From Podarcis filfolensis (Eukaryota), in the NCBI GenBank assembly GCA_964270895.1, contig OZ185436.1: a stretch of 64,000 nucleotides of DNA, one strand, 5' to 3'. The position numbers were made by a program, and so were the translations under genes. Below, piece by piece: positions 1 to 12,799 of the stretch. The notes beneath the pieces are model-generated. The model had not been told where the DNA came from and searched no databases. It saw only the letters and a list, made by a program, of their open reading frames with translations. Every line of letters starts with the position of its first letter. Within the stretch, counting starts at the first letter, position 1.

Positions 1-99
1 GAGGCTTTATTTGAGAGGCGGGAGGTGCTGGTGGCTTTGGCACAGGTTTCATTTTAAATCGGGGTGGTGGTGGTGTGTGAGAGGAAGTAGGAGGTGCAA

Positions 100-1330
100 T
101 CTTTTTTTATTATTTGTTTGGAAACCTGAGCTGTCCTCGCCTTGAGATCTGCCCGCTCCCCGGTGGTTTGGGTCTATGTTGGTGGACCTGATGTTTGGTT
201 AGCGTTTCTCACAGACAGGCTTTCTTTGCGCTACAGAGACTTGTACGGGAGAGGGGGGGGGATGATGCTGACTGGACTACGAGGCTGGGAGGAAGGGACC
301 ATTTCCTCCTCTCTCTCTCTCCCCCTCCGCATTTTCTCCGGAGATTTTGTGATCGGACGGGCTCTGCAAATGCGGAGGTCCTTTTTCCGCCCACGGATGA
401 GGCGGCCGCTTGTCCTCCGCTGGGTCTGCGTATTGCTCAAGACAAAGCCATCTGCAAAAATAAAATTTTTAAAAAAACACCCCTTCCCTTCCCTTCGTCG
501 CGGTTACTGCGGTATTCCTCCCCCCGCCACACACACACAACAGCACGCCTTTTGTATATATGTGGCGGGGGTGGAGTTGGGGGGGTTGAGAAAAAGAGCC
601 ATTACCCTCCAAATACCGTATTGCACAAAGAGGAGGGAAGGGCTTTTTCTCCAGATCTTGTCTCTCTTCTTATCCTTGCCTCCCCACCCCTCCACTCCGG
701 TCAATTTTGCTGCAGGAGGGGAAAAAAAAAGCCGGAACCAGGACAGGTTCGTGGTAGTAGCTGCCCCTTTGCCGTCCTCTGTAATGTTTTTCCCCTCCTC
801 CAAATTTCCCTGATACGTGTCTTTATGTAACAGACACGCTTTATAGGAGGCGGAGGAGGAGGTGGCGGACACACATACACACACGTGCGCGCGCGCGCAT
901 ATCCTTTTTCCCACGTACAGTTTCAAGATGGGAGGAGGATGCAGGCGGAATGGTTAATCAGGCGGGGGGGGCGCGCGCATTGGCTTGCTGCGATGGCTCT
1001 TGGGCTTTGCCATCCACCCCCCTCGATGCCCACCCCGCCCCCGCAGCCGACGAGCATCTCGCTCTGGGGGCGGGCTGATGTGCCCCTTACTTCACCTCAG
1101 GCCAGGCCCTTCTGGAAGCAGCCCACCTTCTGGGCGGCTGGTGGGTCCCCTGAGCCGGGAATTTGTCTGGGAGTCCGATTCTGTGGCACCGGGGGCCCTG
1201 ATCTCATTCTGCTCCCTCTAGTCAGGATGTTCTCCGAATCAATGGGCACCTTGTATAATGTCTCCCCGATTCCCACTGACCCATGTGAAGGAAAGAGCCG
1301 GCAGAGAATTCGGGGAGGGAGATAATCGAG
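100..1330. promoter_or_regulatory. CpG island (downstream part of probable ADGRL1 promoter island)
   Basis: Dense retained CpGs (GCGGCCGC, CGTCGCGG, GTGCGCGCGCGCGC, GGCGCGCGC), GC boxes (GGGGCGGG, CCCCGCCC) and an ATTGG near 980, against a CpG-depleted background. Confidence 0.75.
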
Positions 1331-2295
1331 AAGAAATGTACCTGATATTCTTAAATTACTGCATCCACAATCATATAACATCCCCCCAACCCCCCCAACC
1401 ATTCTCCACGAGTGTTGGTTATTCACATCTTTCCCTGCCAATAGCTTTCTGGTCTAAGGCTGCTTCCTATTTCAGAAGGACAGGAGATTCTTTTAAACTA
1501 GCATTATTTCCCAAAACCAGTATGGTGGAAAAAGCAGAATGGTTAGATTGATGATTGCTGCAAACCCAGTTAGATTTCAAATTCTTACGAAGGGGTGGAA
1601 GGTGGAGGGAGGTGAACAGGTCCAGCCTTATTATGATAGGATGCTGGGAGCTCTTCCCACAGTTGGGAAATAAACAGGCTGGGGAAAGATTTATTTATTT
1701 ATTTATTTATTTACCATTGGGAAATAAGATGGATCAAGAAGGGGCTCTCTCTCTGTGTGTGTGTAGACACAGAACGATTAGCAAAAGGCGAGTGAGAAGA
1801 GATTGACAGATACAGACGTGGAAAGGGGGGGATGGGGGGAAGAGATGAAGGATGAACAGATGGATGGATGAAGGGGGAATGGATGATCAGATAAAGAACC
1901 TGTTAGTAATCGCTCCATCCTCCTCTCTTTTCTGCCTCTCCCCAAATTTATTGTCCATAAGGCCCTCCCTCCCGGACCAATTTCCTGTGGTTGCTTTCTG
2001 CTTTCAGCAGTGATTGAATGGTATATCCCCCCCCCCCCCGTGAATGTCTCTTCACAGTGCTGTCTCTCTTGGCAAAGGTGAGTCAAACGAGGAGCTGTAA
2101 AACATCTTTGGGGATAGCAGAATATGAGGGTTGTGTTGAAAGGAAGGAATTGCCAGCAGGAGACAGAAGTTGGCCTGGCTTGATGAAACCCTCTCATTTT
2201 GGCACTTGGAGAGGAAGAAAGGCAAGGTTGTTCAGCGCACTGCTAAAGGTTTTAATTCTGCTCTGATTTTCCACCACCCCCTTTTTTTTTTGCCT

Positions 2296-2450
2296 GGGGA
2301 AGAGCCATAGTTCAGTGGTAGAGCATCTGCCTTGCATGCAGAAGGCCTCTGGTTCAGTCTGTGGCATTTCCAGGTAGGAGAAACCCCAGAGAACACCCAC
2401 CAGCCAGTGTAGACGGTACTAAACAAGATGAAACCCCCCCAATGGTCTGT
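2296..2450 (+). mobile_element. tRNA(Ala)-headed SINE with CR1-type body/tail
   Basis: ATAGTTCAGTGGTAGAGCATCTGCCTTGCATGCAGAAGG..GGTTCAGTC..GGCATTTCCAGG head; GCCAGTGTAGAC...CCAATGGTCTG body. Confidence 0.75.
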
Positions 2451-3269
2451 CTTGGTCCTCCGTTTCCAGTCCTGCTCCTCATCTTTAATCATCTCTTCAC
2501 AAAACAAGGAAATCATTGCTTGGACCAATAGAGGGTACTTGCAAGTCTCCACCTGCAAGTCTCCAGTTTGAGAGTGTCTCACAACATATTGTATATCAAA
2601 TATCCATGCAGCTGAACTCCTGAGAATATTGGTAAAGAGATGCACCAGTTCGCTGCTGTTTGAGCATTCCTAGGGTAGTTAGAGGCAATGCAGTTCAGGA
2701 GATGCTTTAGAAGCTTTCAGAACATTTGTGCAGCAAAACAACAAACAAACAAAAAACCCAGGGGAAAACAAAGAAAGACACCCCTTCTAAAACCCTTCTG
2801 GAACAAGAATGATCATGGGCTAGGCTTCACTGGTTGGATGACATCTGTCTGTCTCAAAAGACATATTGAGAAAAATTGTGGAATGTTTGTTTGGGTTTGG
2901 GAGATTTGGAATCCAGAACACCTGGGCTCCTTTTGAATTTCTTAACAGGCAGGCTGTTGCTATTGCCAATCTTTAATTGCAAACATTAGATGTGCTGGGG
3001 TTTAAGTGTACCTGAGAGTTGTGACTCCTAACCTGGAAGTTCATCCCTCTAGTGTGATTCGATTGGCTGTATGGAGTCCCTGTGGGGTGAGGGAAAGTTA
3101 CTACATTTTTCATAAGATCCAGAGCTTCACCCTTATTATTGAAATCTGGTTAAACCCTGAGCTCTATGATGTTGTATGTGGGGTGGGGCATGTTTTTGGA
3201 ACAAAGGCTTGGGAAGTATTTTGCATGCATTGCTCAGAAAGTCCCAAACATTGAGTGAGCATCAAGAGG

Positions 3270-3428
3270 AAAACTATATTAATGGGTACCAGTCATTGCA
3301 GGTTCAGAGGCAGCATGCTCTGAAAACTAGGAGCTGGAGTGTCCTCCTTGCGGTTATTATGGGACACAGGAAGCTGGAGTAGATGGGCCTTTGGTCTGAT
3401 GCAGCAGGGCTCTCTTCTTATGTTCTTG
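3270..3428 (+). mobile_element. CR1-type 3' tail fragment
   Basis: Ends GGAGTAGATGGGCCTTTGGTCTGATGCAGCAGGGCTCTCTTCTTATGTTCTT, a CR1-type terminus. Confidence 0.6.
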
Positions 3429-3589
3429 TGGGAATAAGACCTTCATTCTAGGTCCCCCCCAATAGTAACAGGGTTTGGTTTTTTATCTCCCCCTTTGGAT
3501 GTTAGGCTGCTGAGCTGCTTTTCTTTACCCGTGTCTTCCTTGCATTGGCCTGATTTAAGAAAGTGATGGGACAGAGAGGTAGGATCATA

Positions 3590-4130
3590 TTATTTTTGTT
3601 ATTTATTTAATTTCTAACTGCCCTTCACCACAGGGCAAATTACAATATGAAAACACAAAAATACACATAATAGTAATACAAACATGCATGCCATAATAAC
3701 AAACAAAACAACACACACATCCAATTTAAAAGGGCGTAATAGTTTAATTAGCCAAAGGCCTAAGAGAAGAGGAATACTTTTGCCTGACATCTCAAGATTT
3801 GCAATGAAAGTGCCAGGCAAGCCTCCCTAGGAAGAACATTCCACACTGCAGAAAAAGCTCATTCTCATGTTACCACCTTCTGGGCCTCTCATGGAGGAGG
3901 TACACAAAGAAGGGCCTCAGATGATGATCACAGGGTCCGGGTTGGTTCATATGGGGAGGGGTGGTCCTTGAGGTATTGTGGTGCTGAGCTGATGACTTGT
4001 CCTATATACCTGGAGACCTTTTGGGGCAGGAATGCCAGCCTGAATTGGGATGGGTAGTTCCAGCCATGAATTCCATGCCGTGTGCCTGTAAGGCTCTACA
4101 GTGCCGGCCGTTACTCATGTTCAGTGACTC
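3590..4130 (-). mobile_element. L2 LINE 3' fragment
   Basis: Degenerate C-terminal motifs (PYEPTRTL.SSSEALL; AFSA.WN.LP) and AT-rich tail at the left end. Confidence 0.65.
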
Positions 4131-4481
4131 CGATAAGCTAGAGGGGCAAAATTTTAGGTTGGGCCTCATTATGTCAGAAAATATCTGTAATTGATATAAA
4201 ATTGGTCATATTTCCTTTCCTTCTTTCCCCCTCTACTCAGGATGTATATTTCTTGAGATCAAAGATGGTCTCTTGCTGTGATAATATGGCACCAATTGGA
4301 AAGATAATCTAGGTGCAACTGAAATTCAAGTAATAATCCTAGCCCTTTTCATATCTGCAAACTCATTGAAAGCAGCCGATAAACATCCTAGTATGATGAG
4401 AGGAAGGGAGATTGTTTATACCTTTACAGTGTTTTTGGGAGCACATCCCTGGTTTTTGGAAGCCCCATGTATTTATCAGAT

Positions 4482-4825
4482 GCCTACAAAGCACACAGTA
4501 CTTTTTACCCACCAGAAATCTAATGGAGGAAGATGAGTGAATCTCTTTTGTCCTGTAATATGCGCAAGCCCACCCTCCTTACAAACCACATTTGCCGTGG
4601 CTTAATTGTACCCCAAGTACTGCAGCTACTTTTGAAGGTGCTTTGCTGGGCATAGGCCCCATTCTGTCAAATGAGTCCAGGGGGCTGTGTGTAAAGGGCC
4701 CTAAATGCAGGATTCTGTTGTTTGCATGGAGGATGGGGATATATGGGCCCATATTATAAATTTTCAAATTCAGCTAGGATGTATCCTGCATCTAGTGGAT
4801 AATACGTGCTATGTGCTTTGGAGAC
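4482..4825. mobile_element. Possible old MITE defined by degenerate TIRs
   Basis: 4482-4517 vs reverse complement of 4790-4825: 27/36 identical, ungapped. Confidence 0.45.
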
Positions 4826-5736
4826 AAACAATAAATACGTGAAAAATGATATACTCTTTCCAGAGTATAGACTCTTTCCAGTGATAAGCATCCAACTTAG
4901 CATCCAGAGGCCAGGAAGATTTCATTTCCCCCCTTGAATATTGTAACACTGGAGGGTGTTTCCATGGATGCTATTTATTTCCCTTGGAGGTGTACAGTTT
5001 CTTTTTGGAATTGAAAATAGGGTTTGGATTGTGGAAAACAAGTCCTTTACAAAGCCCCTATTTGCTAACTCCCATCTGGAAAGCAGCAGATTCTTTCACT
5101 TTTAGTAATATGGTCCAAAAATGGATTCCCCCAAGATTTCCTTTGTTCTAGTAGGGAGGAGTTCCATAACCCAAGTATATGAAGGAGGGTGGGGGTGAGA
5201 AAAATGCAGGCCTGAAGTAAGTGTCCTCTTCCATCTGATGCATGGGTCCATTTTGCCCTCTGAAAACCATGCCTCCGTTTTTGTTGCAGCTGTGGAGTGT
5301 GCTGTATGTGGTAGGTACAAGCATAGTTCGTTTTTGTAGCTCGGTGCAAATGGACCCTGGCCCCAGTTTGGTGTGAGTTGGCTTCCCTTTTCAAGGAGCC
5401 AATACAGCTGGGTCCCCCCGGCCGATATAAATCAGCATTGCCTCTCTTAAATGAATGGAAACTGTGCTGATGAACGCCAGCTGGAGGTGTGTAGCCTTTT
5501 GCCAAGCACCTTTGTGCTGCAGCCCCTGTGACAGGGCCTTCGCTTACGTGAGCCTGTGGCATTTGCCCGGAGCCAGTATCCTGTTATTTTTAAAGAAGGC
5601 CATCTTCTGAAACTGACATCGCAGCACAAAAATGCCTCTGAGCAGGGAGCTCTTCAACCAAATCTAAATCAGCATCTCCCTGCATAGGCACAACCTTCCC
5701 TGAGAAACCTCACCAGCTCCTATAAGCCCAGGGGGT

Positions 5737-5763
5737 TGTGTGTGTGTGTGTGTGTGTGTGTGT
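5737..5763. repeat. (TG)n microsatellite, about 13 units
   Basis: Direct. Confidence 0.95.
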
Positions 5764-8454
5764 CCGTCCAGAGCGACTGATGTGACAAGAAGAATTCCCT
5801 TCCATGCCTGATCATGTGGGATGCAGATTCCTACAGAGATGTCAGCCATTTGCAAGCCACCAAGTGTTTCCTTTGAGTTAAGGAGTTTGACTTTCCAAGA
5901 GAACAGAGACAGCAGTCTGGCATCTGATGGCTTGTTGTGCAGACAGACCATGGGATGCAGGCAGGGGAGGGGTAGAGAGCAATTATTTAAATAATAATAA
6001 AGTATTTTCTCTTCCTCCGTTCCTACAATGTGTGGGTGGCTTTTTCTTAGATTGTATATAGAAGAGGTTTTTATTTTAATGATTATTATTTAGCTGGGGA
6101 GCGTGTGGGCGTCTGCAGCCAATTTCTGAAGCTGCGCTACCTGTCTCGTGTTCAGCATGGGGGGGATATTTCCCCCGAGGGCCTTCTGCAGTGGCACTGA
6201 ATATATTAGTGACTGCTCACACGCATGCCTACATGATTGTGTGTGAGCGCACGCACACACAAAAATGTGCAACTCCACCCATGTTCTCTTCAGCATGCAT
6301 GTGTTTGTGTACATGCCCTCCATCACTCACGTGTATACACTGTCTCTTTTGTCATGCACTTTCCTGTGATCAGCACAGCAGAGGAGTCTTTCCTTTTTTC
6401 CCCGTGTCAGCAAGTGCTTGGGGATTAGAATAATATGCTGGGGATGATTAAGGGATGGCAATCTGCTTGGAGGTGATGCAGACAAATGGGAGGGAGGGGA
6501 TAGCCTCATCCTCCTCTCCTCCCCTGTCCTGTCTGTTATCACCAGACAGTATCTAAGACCAACCTATCCATAGCCAGATCATCTGTTCTCATAGTCTTCA
6601 TTTTTAGTCTTCTCTCGTAGTTTTCAACCATTTCGGTAGTGGGCTCCAAACTCCCCTTCCTTGGTTCCACACCCCAGATCTTTCAGCAGGACTGGTGTTG
6701 TCTTCTGGCACCCTCAGGCAGCTGCTGGAGAAGTCCCATGCCCTGGCAGGGCCCACCATGGACCTTTGTACTCCACAAAAACAATAACAACTCCAATCCT
6801 TTTTATTTTTGTTTTTTGTAGGCTTGAGTCAACTATTTTAATTTCCTGCAATGTACCAGTGTAACACCACCAGCTGCCGGCAATGCTGTTCAGAGTATTG
6901 TGGGGGTAGCTCTTGACCATGACTGCCTGCCCTGGTGGAGCAGAACTGCAGCAAAAGTCTTCTGGAAGGAGAAGTGGTGGTGAGGTAATGGTGCCACCCG
7001 TGAGCTGTTTCTCACCGATGGCCCCCTCAGACCAGGAGGGGGCCTTCTCAAAGACACTCATAAATGCCTACCTGAACCTTAAGATGCTCTTTCGATCTCT
7101 AGTCTGGGTGCCCCCACCAAGTTAAATGGAGGAGGGCTGTCAGGGAGCAATAGCCCCCTAGCTATGGAATTTTCTCCTCAGAGAGGCTCACCTGGTACCT
7201 TCTTTATGATGAAAAATACATTTTTATTCACCCAAGGATTTTCATTGCATTTTGAATCTGAACTGTTTCATGCTGGCCCTATTGCAATGAAAGTTTTTTT
7301 AACCCGTCTTTTGTTTTGTAATGTTTATTTTAATTCTTATATATTGTATTTTTAACATTGATTTGTAAGTCACCCAGCGAATATTTATTGACGGGCTGCT
7401 ATATAAATGCAACAAATAAATGAAAAACAGAGAGAGAGAGGGAGAGAGGGTCTATCACCTTCCTACAAAGATGCATTTCACTGCGTCAGGTACCACTAAA
7501 GATATTTATGGCTGGCCATGGAAAGGATAGTGGTTAAGTTAGATCTTCCACTTCACTGCTTGACACATTGGTTAGGCTCTACATTCAAATTAATAAGGCT
7601 TCTGTAGTACTTTCTATCCTATATTTACACTTTTTATCATAGCAGTGATATTCATACATAAGTACAAGGAGCATGAGAGAGTTTCAATATGTGCTTTTGG
7701 TGTCAGTTTCCCTTTTGGCAAACCCAATCTGCCAATACCTATGTATCTTTGCATCTCTTCAGGCAAGCAAGAGGTTAACTCCCTGCAAAAGTATGATTAG
7801 TTAAGGTTGTTATTGCTATAAGAAGAAGAAGAAAAGAATTATGCTATTGCTTATTTGCATGTGTTGATTATCATGCATGCAAATGTGAAATTGCTTCTCG
7901 CCTAGCAGTGATATTGAGTTTAAAAATGCACCTGGTTCAGCTGAGTCAAAACTGGCCTGGTGGAGGCCCCTAATGATGACTGAGCTGTAGGATACGGGTG
8001 AAACCTATTTAGAGTGGAATTATAAATTCAGTCCTTCCTGCTTGTTTTGGGATCTCCATCAAAAAGAAGGGGAGAGGGAATAGTGATGGATGCCCTGGAG
8101 TTGTAGAAAGGGTTTGATGCAGTCGTTCAAAGGAGAAGAAGAGGCAGAATAGAGGGATGTGATACCTATGGTCATTGCTGTTCCAAGATGATCCTAGGGA
8201 GTGTTGTGCTACAAGTAGCCTTGGAGGATGCTTGGAGATGGTCTCAAAAGTTGCTATCTGTCACAAGCTGTTTCTAGTCTGTAGGACAGTATGGTGAAGC
8301 TACCTTCCTTGTTGTAGGAAGTACTGCAGCCAGTTGGCCCACTGACATACCAAAGAAATGGAGCATAATAGAAGAGATACTTAAATATAAGGCCAATGAG
8401 GAATTACGGTAAGCCTACCAAACTTGTGACTCTCATGGTATGGTGTGAAAGCAG

Positions 8455-8585
8455 ATGAGGCTCCCATCTTGCTGAAGCTAAGCAAGCCTGGGTCTAGCCT
8501 GTACATAGGTGGGAGATCACCAAGGAGCTACATGTATACCACCTTGGAGGAAGAAACGAGGGATATAAAGTGTTAGAAAATCAAT
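8455..8585 (+). mobile_element. 5S rRNA-headed SINE (SINE3-type) with L2/MIR-like tail
   Basis: GAAGCTAAGCA (8474-8484) and GGTGGGAGATCACC (8508-8521) match 5S internal promoter boxes A and C at 5S-like spacing; tail CCTTGGAGGAAGAAACGAGGGATATAAA. Confidence 0.6.
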
Positions 8586-8711
8586 ACAATGCGAATGTGA
8601 TAATGAACATGAGACACCTGGATCAGACCAAAGGCCTCCTGGTCTAGCTTTCCCTCCTGTGGGAAATTAGGAATGTCTCATCTATTTAGCGGATTTACGC
8701 ACCACTTTGGG

Positions 8712-8889
8712 TTTTTTTTGTTTTTTTTAAAGAAATATTTATTAAGATTTTACAAAAACAGATATACAAAAGCACATAATAAAAAAAACAAAAAAATAAG
8801 AATAAACACACAGAAAAAATACAAAAAATTAAAAACAATTCTTTTTCATAACTTAAAACTCATTTGCTTGTTTCTTTGACTTCCTCTTC
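8712..8889 (-). mobile_element. Short polyadenylated retroposon insertion, probably an L1-type LINE 3' end
   Basis: 178 bp AT-rich insert; on the minus strand AATAAA precedes an A-rich tail; exact TSD CGCACCACTTTGGG at 8698-8711 and 8890-8903. The L1 assignment is from recalled resemblance only. Confidence 0.75.
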
Positions 8890-8904
8890 CGCACCACTTT
8901 GGGT

Positions 8905-9240
8905 GGAAATCTCTTGCCACAGTATTGTCCCAACAACACATTTACACTAAGTCACATGGAACCACATTTGCCATGTTATTGCCCATTCACTCGTTTTGGA
9001 GAGAGACATTTGGAGCTAATCACATCCTAAATAATCTGGTTTCATCAGTAAACTTGGCCACCTTGCTGCTCACTCCTAACTTCAGAACGCTTAGAAACAA
9101 GATGAAATGCACCAGCTCCAATACACATCCTTGGGGGGCTCTTATTTCTTACACTATTCCATGGTGGGAAATAACTATCTATTCCTACCTTCTGCTTCCT
9201 GTTCTTTACTCAGTTGCCAGTTCCTAAGAGGACTTCTCTT
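8905..9240 (-). mobile_element. CR1 LINE RT fragment (degenerate)
   Basis: Minus-strand remnants of RKQKVGI..S.W..V..G.PQG.VLG..AKF.DETRLF motifs. Confidence 0.7.
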
Positions 9241-9252
9241 ATTCCACAACTA

Positions 9253-9493
9253 CAGTGGTACCTCGGTTTATGAACTTAATCTATTCCGGAAGTCCGTTCT
9301 TAAACCAAAGCCATTCTTAAACTGAGGTGCGCTTTCCCTAATGAGGAATCCCACCGCCGTTGCCCTTCCACCATTCGGCTTCCATTCGTAGACCAAGATA
9401 ACGTTCGCCAACTGGAACACTACTTCCAGTTTTGCAGAGTTCGTATTCCGAATAGTTCGTAAACAGCGCTGTTCTTAAACCAAGGTACCACTG
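9253..9493. mobile_element. Tc1/mariner (Tigger-like) MITE
   Basis: TIRs CAGTGGTACCTCGGTTTA / TAAACCAAGGTACCACTG; TA on the left, CA (mutated TA) on the right. Confidence 0.9.
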
Positions 9494-10142
9494 CACTAAG
9501 TTTGGACACTGGATCAGTCCTGTCCTATAAGCCTCCTACATCACCTCACCATGTGGCACAAAATTGCAATAAGCTGATGTGTTACGTGAAGGAGAATTAG
9601 TTGTCCATCAAATTTATGGGGTAACCCCAAGCATGAGACAGTCATGGAGAATAAACATAGTATATATAACCCAAAGTTGACTTGGTAGGATTGCAGTGTT
9701 ATATAAGTGAACAATATAAATAATTGTCTTAAAAGCGCTTTCTTTTAAGAACTGAACGCTTTAAATTTCAAATTGTCTGTTCTACCTGGGCTTGCAGATT
9801 AATCCTATGCATGTTTACTCTCTTAAATCACTGGGTAATGGTTGAGGGCAGGGAAGAAAAGAGAGTTGGGCCATGCTGCTCACTTTTCTACAGACAGGAA
9901 AGCAGAGTGAGGAGCTGGCATCAACTTAGGTTTTTCCTGAGTGATAGGAAGCCACTCCAGTTTGTTACAGTCACTCAGCAGCCAATTTCTCCTTGCCACT
10001 CGCTCCCTTGGCTTGAGTGAGACTTAAGACTTTTTGCTCTGGACCTGAAGGGAAGGGGGGACCAGTCCAGCTGAGCCTAGCTGAGTCCAGCTCTGTTGCA
10101 GCTTGTAGCCACACAATGAAAGGGGGAAGTGACAGTCCAGTT

Positions 10143-10393
10143 CATGGGTAGGCAAACTAAGGCCTGGGAGCCGGAGCCGGCCCAATTGCTTTCTAAATCT
10201 GGCCTGCAGACGGTCTGGGAATCAGCGTGTTTTTACATGAGTAGAATGTGTCCTTTTATTTAAACGGCATCTCTGGGTTATTTGTGGGGCATAGGAATTC
10301 ATTCATCCCCCCCCCAAAAAAATATAGTCCGGCTCCCTGCAAGGTCTGAGGGACACTGGACCGGGCCCCTGCTGAAAAAGTTTGCTGACCCTG
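10143..10393. mobile_element. hAT MITE
   Basis: Termini CATGGGTAGGCAAACT / AGTTTGCTGACCCTG; 8-bp TSD GTCCAGTT / GTCCAGCT (7/8). Confidence 0.88.
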
Positions 10394-12799
10394 GTCCAGC
10401 TCATTTACACCTGGAGCTGCATGCTCAGCAGCACTGAGACTGACAGCAGCTTAGTCACTGGTGGGTGGGTATGGGGGAGAGAGAGAGTGCAAAAACTCAA
10501 TGTCTGTCTGAGACAGGTGCCTCACCTCGCCTAATGGTAGGGCTGGATCTGAACTCCAACAAAGATAGTGGCAACAGGATTAGCTTTTTCAGAAGCCATG
10601 CTGATTTTTTTCCAGCATGACTACTGTATATGCTTAATAATTTTTCCTTTATTACTGATTTCCACCAGGAGAAGGCATTGAGCTAACTGGCCTATAATTT
10701 CAGAGACTCACACTTTTCCTTTACTTCTCACTAGCCCCACTACCTACCCAAGTCCCCCTGTTACATTGATTTTACAGGCATATTCAGAAAGTGCAAGGTC
10801 AGCCTTGTCATTAAGCAGAGTGAATGGCTGCCCCAGGTGATGGACACAGGTGGAGTTGGGGGGTGGCACAACAGATTTGTGAGTGTGGTGTGGCCTTCCC
10901 TGCACCTTATAAGTTGGTCTGCTGCCCTGAGGTACAGTGGAGGATGTTATCTCATTGTCAGTGAGATTCCACTGCCAGTCTAGTTGACTTCTGTATGTAG
11001 AATAGGGGAGGCCATCTTGCCCTTTGCCTCAGGCAGCTAAGTGTCTTGGTATAGGCCTGACACAGTGAGATCACATTCCCAACTCTTTGCCGTTGTTCCA
11101 CAATCTGCCTTGGGATGACACAATCTTTGGAGCTCAAATGGGCTCATATCATGGTTAATGAATTGTCTTTCAACATAATTGCTCTTTTCCCCCCAGTGTC
11201 TTATGGTGAGTAATGGAAAAGAGACTTACTATACCCTCAGATGTCCCTTAGCTGAGGAAAGAGGGCTCCCTGCAGCATGAGGGAGTTTCCCTCGTACCCT
11301 AGCAGCAGGCAGGAATATTTTTCGGTATTTACATTTTTCTTTCAGCTCTCTTGCTTTCCCCAGGCTTGGGATAGCTCAGCTGAGCAGACATGCATGGCAT
11401 TTTAGCAAAGGACCTGTTCTGCTGCCAAATAAATGTTTGGGGACAGTAGCCACATACTTCTAGCCAGTACACAGTGGCAGTGCTAGTACTGAGAGGTCAC
11501 TGTGGCAGCTATGGACCTTACTCAGGTTGGCTTCAGCTGGACAAACTGCACAACATGGCCAGTAGTTCCACTCTTCAGAACAGAGGTGGGAAGCCCATGG
11601 CCCACCAGACTTAACTCCAGCTCCCTTCAGCCCCAGCTAGCATGGCCAGTAGTCTGGGATGTTGGTTGTTGAAGTACTGCTTTAGATGTGCCTTGCTTGA
11701 ACATCTAAAGTGTGGGGCATATGAAGGCAGCTTTCCATCTTTAAATGAAAACTCTCTTATAGCAGCAATAAGATACTGTACATTCCAGAATTCTTCCTTC
11801 GTATCTCTGGCCCTTTCTTAGATGAAGGGAGGATATATTTCTGAATCTGTATTTTTAAAAATGAGTGAGCTTTTAAGAACTCTTCATGAATAGGGACTGG
11901 AAAAAAATAGGAATACATAAGGTGTTAGGAAAAAGGAACCAATATCTTGATCCTCCCACTGCGCCCCAAATTGGCATCTTATAAAAATGTTTAGTACCTT
12001 ATTTGCAGGTAAAGTGGTAAGTAGATGTGCAACCTTCTACCTTGTGAAGGTTGTGTGCTGGTAATCTTATTAACCAACCATGTTTTTTAACAGTTGTTTG
12101 ATAGCCATAGGAATTGCAGGCAAGCAGAAAAGCAAGGCTGGTTGGCGGAGGAGGAATGGAGCACTCTGTCACTCCTCTGCATTCAGGATAGAAACCATGC
12201 AGGCAGTGAGAGGATGGAAGCCCCCTTCTGCATTCACAGCCCAGTCATACAGTAGGCCGTTGCAGGAGAGATGGAGCTCCATCCCTCCTTTGCCAGCCCA
12301 CAGCAGGCTAAAAGCATTTCTTTGCAGGCCAGTAACTTCTGGACTTACTCACAAGGCTGTAGTTAACAGCCTCTATTTATGCCATGGAGGTGGTAGGAAG
12401 GCACATTCCTCCATAGCAGCGGGAAGGGAGATAAAAGGTGCACAGAGCAATAAATGCAACTTTTGCTTTTGCACTGTAGGGTAAATTCCAGCCATGCAAA
12501 AGTTAGAGGTTTCCACACATACCCTCCATCTCACACAGTATTTTTATCCAGGCAAGCACCAGGCATTATCTCAGCTAAAGGAAACCTGTCAGCCAGGCAA
12601 AAGCAGTCAAGGAGGGCACAGAGCAGGACCAGTGAAGGATGTGGCCTGGGGATGGTGTGTGTATCTGTATGGAGAGGCCTTCAGGGCTGCAAATGTCCCC
12701 CAGCCCTCAAGTTCCCCCCTCCTGAATTAGGCCAACCCATTCCTTTGTTTTAGGGAAGACTCTACTGCTTTTATCTCCCCCCCCCTTCTTTCAAGCAGT

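Noticed and set aside
142-813. 223-aa ORF and overlapping ORFs in the CpG island
   Set aside because: Low-complexity, no recognisable domain; GC-rich islands produce long spurious ORFs in several frames.
2296-2375. tRNA-Ala-like sequences (several copies) as tRNA genes
   Set aside because: Degenerate acceptor stems, and each continues into SINE body or tail sequence.
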